A DNA stretch of 32,000 nt, taken from positions 1,814,868 through 1,846,867 of the forward strand of contig KL662191.1 of the NCBI GenBank assembly GCA_000733415.1, in the 5' to 3' direction. This stretch comes from [Leptolyngbya] sp. JSC-1. GTDB lineage: Bacteria > Cyanobacteriota > Cyanobacteriia > Elainellales > Elainellaceae. A program made the translations under genes and the position numbers. The notes under the pieces were generated by a model. The model was not told the origin of the DNA. It searched no databases and worked only from the letters and a program-made list of their open reading frames with translations. Shown here piece by piece: positions 25,664 to 32,000 of this stretch (positions within the stretch are counted from its first letter, which is position 1; each line of letters starts with the position of its first letter).

Positions 25664-25884
25664 AGAAATCTCCGCTCACCGTTAAGGCTGATTAGAACAA
25701 TCGTTTCTTCACCTGCCAAAATGAACACATCGCCTGTCCGCTCATCTAGACGAATGATAAAAATGGGCAAATACAGCTTGGTTAAGTTATAGCAAACGAT
25801 GAAGCTGTTCAGCGCTTGAACCTGGGTAGGAAGTGCAGGAATAGGTTTGCCCCCAAGAAACACAGCAGACATTAGTTTGCCCAT
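25660..25884 (-). CDS. Small hypothetical protein (74 aa), first gene of a coupled pair (DUF6888-like from memory)
   Basis: ORF track. ...LTKLYLPIFIIRLDERTGDVFILAGEETIVLISLNGERRFL resembles a recurrent small cyanobacterial protein. The start may instead be Met5 at 25872. Confidence 0.6.
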   Translation of the reverse strand: MGKLMSAVFLGGKPIPALPTQVQALNSFIVCYNLTKLYLPIFIIRLDERTGDVFILAGEETIVLISLNGERRFL

Positions 25885-25895
25885 TCCTGCCGTAG

Positions 25896-25974
25896 CCTCA
25901 ACCCCGACTACCGCGACCTAGCCCAAATGGAAGCCGACTTTGACCGAATACGGAGCGAAGAGCGGTTTCAGGCG
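25896..25974 (+). repeat. 79-bp direct repeat, copy B (orphan TPR-gene 3' end)
   Basis: It is 77/79 identical to 25326-25404 and remains open in the TPR frame. It reads ...LNPDYRDLAQMEADFDRIRSEERFQAIGE and ends at its own TAG (25984-25986). Confidence 0.9.
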
Positions 25975-26017
25975 ATAGGAGAATAGACTGAAATTAATAG
26001 CACTAGAGGCAGGCCAC

Positions 26018-26242
26018 ATGACTGAAATTCGCCAGCGCATTGACCAGTATCTCGATCAGTTATCAAATGAGCGACTCAACCTTGTTGCTGATTTTTTGGC
26101 CTACTTAGCCGATCGAGAAAGCGAAGCCGCCACTCAAGAGTTATTGAACATCCCTGGTTTTATTGAATCGTTTGAGAAAGGCAAACAGCAAATCGCTGAA
26201 GGAAAAGTGAGAAACTGGAGAACGATTCGCACGGATGTATGA
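26018..26242 (+). CDS. Putative type II antitoxin (partner of the RelE/ParE-like remnant)
   Basis: ORF track, 74 aa. Its stop overlaps the start region of the downstream RelE/ParE-like reading frame (ATG 26235, TGA 26240-26242), which is the typical toxin-antitoxin gene layout. I could not assign a family. Confidence 0.55.
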   Translation: MTEIRQRIDQYLDQLSNERLNLVADFLAYLADRESEAATQELLNIPGFIESFEKGKQQIAEGKVRNWRTIRTDV

Positions 26243-26431
26243 AATCGTTTTGTCGGCTGAAGCCGAAGCTGTATTCGCAACTGCTGATAGAGTCTTTGCC
26301 AAGAAAATAGCTAAATGTCTTGAGCAGCTTGAGCACAATCCTAAATTTCACCCCAATATCAGACCCCTAGCGAGGCAAATCAACAAGTTCAAGTTATAAC
26401 CATTGCTCATCGAAAAGATGTCTATGAATAG
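26235..26431 (+). pseudogene. RelE/ParE-family toxin remnant with an internal deletion and frameshift
   Basis: The frame from the ATG at 26235 reads MYEIVLSAEAEAVFATADRVFAKKIAKCLEQLEHNPKFHPNIRPLARQINKFKL* (stop 26397-26399). A different frame reads EANQQVQVITIAHRKDVYE* to 26431, which is the canonical RelE/ParE C-terminus. The central RVGDYRV-type core is missing. Confidence 0.6.
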
Positions 26432-26433
26432 GT

Positions 26434-29340
26434 TCAAGCCCAGGCAGGTTCTTTCCGCATCAGCGCTTCCACTTCTTCCCGATCCAGCGGTTTAGCAAAG
26501 AAAAAGCCCTGTCCGTACTCTGCACCGAGCGAACGCAACTGCCGCAACTGTTCGGCCAATTCCACGCCTTCCGCGATCACATTCATGCCCAAATTGTGCG
26601 CCAACGAAACAATCGCTCGGACAATTTCGGCACTTTCACTGTCGGTACTCATGTGGCTGATAAACGACTGATCGATTTTGACGGTATCAATCGGGAAACG
26701 GTGCAGATAGCTGAGTGACGAATAGCCAGTGCCAAAGTCATCGATCAGCAACTGGACTCCCATCGCTTTGAGCTGCTCTAGCATCACCTTGGCCGCCTCT
26801 GGGTTCTCCATGATTGCGCTTTCGGTAATTTCCAGCTTCAGGTTGAGGTTCCAGGCGTTTTGGAGGTCGGGGTGACGCAGCAACTGGCTGATCTGGTCCA
26901 ACAAACTGGGCTGGGAAAACTGCTTAGTCGATAGATTGACGCTGACCGAAAGCGGCATATCGGGTGAAAATTGCCGCTGCCACTGACCCAACTGCCGACA
27001 GGCTTCAGTAAGAATCCACTGGCCTAAGGGCACAATCAGACCCGTATCTTCGGCTAGGGGAATAAACTCGGTGGGCGGAATCAGTCCCCGCTCTGGGTGT
27101 TGCCAGCGCACCAAAGCCTCAAAGCCGCTAATTTTACCCGTTGCCAGCGCCACAATCGGCTGATACTGAATCCGAAATTCCTGCGGTTGTAGCGGACTGG
27201 CACTAGCGGCCACGGCTCGCCGCAAATCGGTTTCTAACTGCAACAACGCCACTGCCCGCTTGTGCATCGCCATATCGAATAGGGCATGACGCGAACGACC
27301 CAGCGTTTTCGCTCGGTACATGGCCGTATCGGCGTTGCGCAGCAAATCTTCCGGACGGTCACAGTCGGCTTCGTTCATGGCAATGCCAATGCTGGCCGAA
27401 GTAAACACTTCTTGGCCGCCGAGGTTGAAGGGCGCTTGCAGCGCTTGGTGAATCCGTTCGGCTAGGTGGCAGGCATCGTCGGCATCCCGGATGCCCTCTA
27501 GCAGCACCGTAAATTCATCGCCACCCAAGCGGGCAATGGTATCCACCGAGCGCAGACAGGCTTCCAAACGACGGGCAATCGCGATCAGCAACTGGTCGCC
27601 GACAATATGGCCCAAGCTATCGTTCAGCACCTTAAACCGGTCCAGGTCCATGAACAGAACGGCAAACCGATAGCCAGGAATCCGCCTACTGCGACCAATC
27701 GCCTGCTGCAACCGATCCATAAACAAAGCACGATTGGCTAGTCCAGTAAGGCTGTCGTGAAGGGCGTGGTGCAAGAGTTGCTGCTCGGCCCGTTTGCGTT
27801 CGGTGATGTCGGTTTGAGAACCGGCGATGCGATAGGCTTTCTGATTACTGTCGCATACGGCAAAGCCGCGACTCAGCATCCAGCGATAGGAACCATCTCG
27901 GTGGCGCATCCGGTGCTCGATTTCAAAATGCCGCGTTTGGCCTTGGAGGTGGGCTGTGATTTGCGCCTCTAGCCATTTGGTTTCGTCTGGATGTACCCGC
28001 TTGAACCACTCTTCGGGCCGGTTGCCGATCTCCCAATCCTCGTAGCCCAGCATTGCTTTCCAGCGGGGCGAGAAGTAGATTTGATCGGTGCGTAGATTCC
28101 AGTCCCAGAGGCCATCATTGGCTCCGTGCACGGCAAGGGCATAGCGTTCTTGGCTTTCGCGCAGTGCTTCTTCAAACTGTTTGCGGTCGGTAATGTCGAG
28201 TCCGACAAAAACGGCGGCCTGATTTTGCGAATACTTTTGCGCCGCTAGCAAATAGCTGCGGGTCGCGCCATCCACCTGCGCCGCCACCTCAACCGTACTG
28301 GACTCCACCGGACTGGCCAAGAACTGCTGCACAAACGCGGCAAATCCGGGACTGGCTTCCATAAAGCCCAGCTTTTTGCCAATAAAGTCCTCTGGGCGCA
28401 GTTTGAAGGTTTCCGCCAGGTAGCGATTAATGCCCAGGTATTCCAGATCCGAACTAAACCAAGACACACAGCCCGGAACCGCATCCAGCACCGCCTGAAG
28501 CTGATCTTTTGCCGCCTGAAGCTCTTGGCGGGCCCGCTTGCGATCGCTGACATCCCGACCAAAGACAGCAACGCCGGTGATCTGCTGATTCTCGCGAATC
28601 GGGTTGAAAGAAATTTCCACATCTGCCGGTAAATCAGGCACATCAAAATGCAGCTCGATCGCAAATCGCTCTCCGGCCAAGGCGCGATCATAACAGTCTT
28701 TCCAGAGGGGCTGCTGTGCCACCGGCAAACAGGCTACCAAATTGAGGCCAGGGCACAAGTTGAGGCTATACGCTTTCGCAAATTGCTGTTGGCAGGCCGA
28801 GTTCCAGACAATCAATTCGTACTGGTGATTGACCGACCAAACCGCATCCAGCGTGTGCTCGATTAAAGCCGTTAAATTTGCCGCTTTGGGATCCATGGGA
28901 GTTGTCACGTTCAGGGTTGATTTTACTAGTGTGATTAACTCTGGAGTGGCAATTTGACGACTAGGCAACACTAATACTGGTAAGCTTCCTACCTGCTGTA
29001 AGAGTTCCGTCAGGGCCGATGTTTGCTGAGTGGGAAGGGAATCAAATGTAATCAGCAAGTCCCATTTTTGATTCGCTAGGGCTAGGGAAAGCGTTTCGAA
29101 TGAATCAACCCATTGCCAGCCCAGAGGACAGCCGTTTTCTACCAATCCCCGACTGATCTCTGCTGCCTCTTCAATTGAATTGACCCAAATTAATCCCTGC
29201 CGCAGCGATTGACTCACCGCATTCCCTCCTTGCACCCTGATGGCAGTAATGGCGTATCCGTAAATGAAGTAGCTGAAATAGCTGAAGTAGCTGAAGTAGA
29301 TGGTTGATTGAACGTCCTCGCCGCAGTAATGAGCAGTCAC
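26434..29340 (-). CDS. Signalling protein: receiver-like N-domain, PAS domains, GGDEF and EAL (c-di-GMP turnover)
   Basis: ORF track, 968 aa. The GGDEF site is ARLGGDEF, with RSVD five residues upstream (an RxxD I-site). EAL-domain motifs are GFEALVRW and DDFGTGYSSL. At least two PAS-like blocks carry DITDRK/DVSDRK linkers. The true start is uncertain, because the first 40 codons or so cross a 9-bp repeat. Confidence 0.9.
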   Translation of the reverse strand: MTAHYCGEDVQSTIYFSYFSYFSYFIYGYAITAIRVQGGNAVSQSLRQGLIWVNSIEEAAEISRGLVENGCPLGWQWVDSFETLSLALANQKWDLLITFDSLPTQQTSALTELLQQVGSLPVLVLPSRQIATPELITLVKSTLNVTTPMDPKAANLTALIEHTLDAVWSVNHQYELIVWNSACQQQFAKAYSLNLCPGLNLVACLPVAQQPLWKDCYDRALAGERFAIELHFDVPDLPADVEISFNPIRENQQITGVAVFGRDVSDRKRARQELQAAKDQLQAVLDAVPGCVSWFSSDLEYLGINRYLAETFKLRPEDFIGKKLGFMEASPGFAAFVQQFLASPVESSTVEVAAQVDGATRSYLLAAQKYSQNQAAVFVGLDITDRKQFEEALRESQERYALAVHGANDGLWDWNLRTDQIYFSPRWKAMLGYEDWEIGNRPEEWFKRVHPDETKWLEAQITAHLQGQTRHFEIEHRMRHRDGSYRWMLSRGFAVCDSNQKAYRIAGSQTDITERKRAEQQLLHHALHDSLTGLANRALFMDRLQQAIGRSRRIPGYRFAVLFMDLDRFKVLNDSLGHIVGDQLLIAIARRLEACLRSVDTIARLGGDEFTVLLEGIRDADDACHLAERIHQALQAPFNLGGQEVFTSASIGIAMNEADCDRPEDLLRNADTAMYRAKTLGRSRHALFDMAMHKRAVALLQLETDLRRAVAASASPLQPQEFRIQYQPIVALATGKISGFEALVRWQHPERGLIPPTEFIPLAEDTGLIVPLGQWILTEACRQLGQWQRQFSPDMPLSVSVNLSTKQFSQPSLLDQISQLLRHPDLQNAWNLNLKLEITESAIMENPEAAKVMLEQLKAMGVQLLIDDFGTGYSSLSYLHRFPIDTVKIDQSFISHMSTDSESAEIVRAIVSLAHNLGMNVIAEGVELAEQLRQLRSLGAEYGQGFFFAKPLDREEVEALMRKEPAWA
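29265..29300. repeat. 9-bp tandem repeat x4 (tgaaRtagM)
   Basis: Read directly: tgaagtagc tgaaatagc tgaagtagc tgaagtaga. On the minus strand this encodes FSYFSYFSYF at the annotated N-terminus of the GGDEF/EAL ORF. Confidence 0.85.
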
Positions 29341-30219
29341 AATGGCTAATCACAACTGAGGAACTGAGAAACGCGCTGGTTTAAGGAATGTATCTAAATG
29401 TTTCGATCAAACTGGGGCTAAGGCAAAAGGTAGAAATTACTGAGTAGGTCAGTATCTTCACGGAAACATTAACTTTCAGTTCCGTAAAATTACAGGTCGG
29501 GGTACCGATCCATTCTTTGGAGACAAATCTCTGGGGGAAAGAGTTAGGAGCAGGAAGCAAGAGAAAAATCAGGATTGCAGCCGGTCAAAACAGTGAGTCA
29601 GTCTTGGGGCCGCTGGACTTGAGGACTGCTAAGGCCGTCTAGAGCACTATCTAAGTAGCGGTTTGACTGGGCTGGAATCTAACCGAATCTGGTTTAACCG
29701 AACCTAGTTAGACCGGGCTTACGTTTGATTCGAATCTGACCAGATCATACGCAGCGAACTGGGCTTAATCCGGAAGATTTTGCATCTCGGCTTTGCATTC
29801 TCTTAACCTTGTGCCTCGATCATGGAATCAGCATAGCCCTGTAACCAATGTCTGTCCCAGGTCTGACTTCCCAGGCTTGATCTCCCAAACGCTGATTCTC
29901 CGAGACATCTTCTCCAATACATCAACCTACACCACTTGCCGCTCAGGACTGATCTGAGCAGTTCAAGCTCTGCTGTCATGAGAAGCCGTTATTTTTCTTT
30001 ACATTCCTTCAATCGCTCTGGGTCTGGAGAAGATGATTAAATTTTTGTTACGGTTGAACTGGTAGACTCAGATTGCCCTTACTCCGATTCTGGCTGGCAG
30101 AGTTTCGGCTTTCATCTGGTTTTTCAAGTGATTCTGGTTCTTCAACTGATTGTTCTTCAACTAATTACTGACCGTTTCACTAATTCAGGTTCACACTTAC
30201 TGGCGTTCAAGGTGACTTC

Positions 30220-31950
30220 ATGCTGCGGCTAGAACACATTAGTAAAATTTACCCGACAGGTGAGGTGCTCAAGGATGTCAACTGGGAGGTAAAACCCGGC
30301 GACCGAATTGGCCTGGTGGGCGTGAATGGGGCCGGGAAGTCCACCCAACTCAAAATCATTACCGGCGACGAAGAGCCTTCGTCGGGTGAGGTGATTCGGC
30401 CCAGTAGCTTAAATATTGCCTATCTGTCCCAGGAGTTTGATGTTGATCCCCAGCGCACCGTGCGGGATGAACTGTGGCGGGCCTTTAAAGCGGCAAATGA
30501 AGTCCATGAAGGCTTAGCACAGGTGCAGCACCAAATGCAGTCTGCGGCTCCAGAGGAATTAGATGACCTGATCCATAAACTTGACCGGTTGCAACGTCAG
30601 TTTGAAGCACTGGATGGCTATGGTCTAGAAGCGCGGATCGAAAAGATTTTGCCCGAATTGGGCTTTAGCTTAGACGACGGGGATCGCTTGGTAGAGTCAT
30701 TTAGCGGTGGCTGGCAAATGCGGATGGGCTTGGGCAAAATTCTGCTGCAATCGCCCGATCTACTGCTGCTGGACGAACCCACCAACCATCTGGATCTAGA
30801 AACCATCGAATGGCTGGAAACCTACCTGAAGGGACTCAGCACGCCGATGGTGATTGTTTCCCATGACCGAGAGTTTCTGGACCGGCTCTGCACCCAAATT
30901 GTGGAAACCGAGCGGGGCATCTCCACTACCTACCTAGGAAACTACAGCGCTTATCTGGAGCAAAAGGCCGAAAACCAAACTGCTCAGCTCAGCGCCTACG
31001 AGCGTCAACAAAAGGAGTTGGAAAAGCAGCAAGCCTTTGTCGATCGGTTTCGAGCCAGCGCGACTCGCAGCACTCAGGCGAAAAGCCGTGAAAAGCAGCT
31101 GGAAAAAATCGAACGCATTGATGCGCCAATTGGAAGCGTTAAAGCCCTCCGGTTTCAGTTTCCACCTGCTCCCCGCAGTGGTCGAGAGGTGGTTCAAATC
31201 AAGGATCTGACCCATATCTACGACGATAATATTTTGTTTTTGGGTGCGAACCTGTTGATCGAGCGCGGGGATCGGATTGCCATTGTGGGGCCGAATGGAG
31301 CCGGTAAGTCTACCCTCCTGCGGCTGATCATGGGGATCGAAACGCCGACTGAAGGCGTGGTTAAGTTAGGGGATCATAACGTAATCCCTGGCTATTTTGA
31401 ACAGAATCAAGCCGAAGCTTTGGACTTAACAAAAACCGTTATGGCAACTATCCATGACGAAGTTCCTGATTGGAAGAACGAAGAAGTTCGCACGTTATTA
31501 GGACGATTTTTGTTCAGCGAAGATACCGTTTTCAAAACAGTTAGTACCCTCAGCGGTGGCGAAAAGGCTCGTTTAGCACTGGCCAAAATGCTGCTGCGTC
31601 CAGCCAATTTTCTGATTCTCGACGAGCCAACCAACCATTTAGATATTCCGGCGAAAGAGATGCTGGAAGAGGCTTTACAGAATTATGACGGCACCGCTAT
31701 TGTGGTATCCCATGACCGCTATTTTATTTCTCAGGTTGCCAACAAGATTGTTGAAATTCGAGATGGAGAACTGCGGCTCTATCGCGGCGACTATCACTAT
31801 TTCCTCGAAAAAGTTGAAGAGGAAAAAGAGCGGGTTAGGCTAGAAGCAATTGAGGCAGAAAAACGTGCCAAGGCTGCTGAGAAGAAAGCCAAGCAACGAG
31901 AGAAGCAAAAGCAAAAACAGGACGCTAGAAAGATAAAAGTTTCATCTTAG
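30220..31950 (+). CDS. ABC-F family ATPase (two ABC domains, no TM domain, Lys/Glu-rich C-terminal tail)
   Basis: ORF track, 576 aa. There are two Walker A motifs (GVNGAGKST, GPNGAGKST), two signatures (FSGGWQMR, LSGGEKAR) and two Walker B motifs (LLLLDEPTNHLD, FLILDEPTNHLD). An inter-domain linker is present and there is no membrane domain. Confidence 0.9.
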   Translation: MLRLEHISKIYPTGEVLKDVNWEVKPGDRIGLVGVNGAGKSTQLKIITGDEEPSSGEVIRPSSLNIAYLSQEFDVDPQRTVRDELWRAFKAANEVHEGLAQVQHQMQSAAPEELDDLIHKLDRLQRQFEALDGYGLEARIEKILPELGFSLDDGDRLVESFSGGWQMRMGLGKILLQSPDLLLLDEPTNHLDLETIEWLETYLKGLSTPMVIVSHDREFLDRLCTQIVETERGISTTYLGNYSAYLEQKAENQTAQLSAYERQQKELEKQQAFVDRFRASATRSTQAKSREKQLEKIERIDAPIGSVKALRFQFPPAPRSGREVVQIKDLTHIYDDNILFLGANLLIERGDRIAIVGPNGAGKSTLLRLIMGIETPTEGVVKLGDHNVIPGYFEQNQAEALDLTKTVMATIHDEVPDWKNEEVRTLLGRFLFSEDTVFKTVSTLSGGEKARLALAKMLLRPANFLILDEPTNHLDIPAKEMLEEALQNYDGTAIVVSHDRYFISQVANKIVEIRDGELRLYRGDYHYFLEKVEEEKERVRLEAIEAEKRAKAAEKKAKQREKQKQKQDARKIKVSS

Positions 31951-32000
31951 TAAAGCGATAGAAAAGATTAATCAGTTTTGGTATTAATACTTCGGTTTTG

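Noticed and set aside
29715-29745. A TTCGAATC string resembling a tRNA T-loop (gtttgattcgaatctgacc).
   Set aside because: The flanking bases cannot form a T-stem (TTTGA versus CTGAC). No acceptor or anticodon arms could be built from the preceding 60 nt.

Overview
The window looks like a cyanobacterial chromosome segment. Supporting signs are HIP1 palindromes GCGATCGC at 12533-12540 and 28540-28547, a SmtA-type metallothionein, a DevB/DevC/DevA-type exporter, two Uma2 (DUF820) nuclease paralogs and STRR-like heptamer arrays. All family calls come from motifs and memory, because no homology search was possible.

Gene order, left to right:
- MDR quinone oxidoreductase (cut by the window edge)
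- RHH-domain protein
- a 15-bp tandem-repeat block
- hypothetical protein
- double-GNAT acetyltransferase
- a 790-bp ORF-free stretch
- TerB-like protein
- Tat-exported MBL hydrolase
- ABC exporter (fused permease and ATPase)
- small membrane protein
- NmrA-like SDR
- class F sortase
- decayed sensor-kinase remnant
- hisIE and hemL (divergent)
- Uma2 nuclease
- smtA-like metallothionein (54 aa, absent from the ORF track)
- TetR regulator
- small hypothetical protein
- devB, DUF2834 protein, devC, devA
- an accessory islet at 22.36-26.43 kb
- PAS-GGDEF-EAL protein
- an 880-bp ORF-free spacer
- ABC-F ATPase

The islet holds a second Uma2 nuclease, an effector-less P-loop STAND NTPase with C-terminal TPRs, a translationally coupled pair of small genes, an antitoxin and a decayed RelE/ParE toxin.

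Most interesting observations:
1. The small-gene pair is bracketed by a 79-bp direct repeat that duplicates the 3' coding end of the STAND/TPR gene. The two copies differ only at synonymous positions.
2. The Uma2 + STAND/TPR pair is a candidate nuclease-plus-sensor module.
3. The smtA locus carries an SmtB-type operator but no adjacent ArsR/SmtB gene. It is flanked by a G-rich 8-bp array attached to a 60-bp element that has a second copy at 7.15 kb.
4. A histidine-kinase remnant has an in-frame TAA and ends just after the HAMP domain, abutting the sortase gene.

I found no rRNA operon, tRNA, CRISPR array, transposase or integrase.
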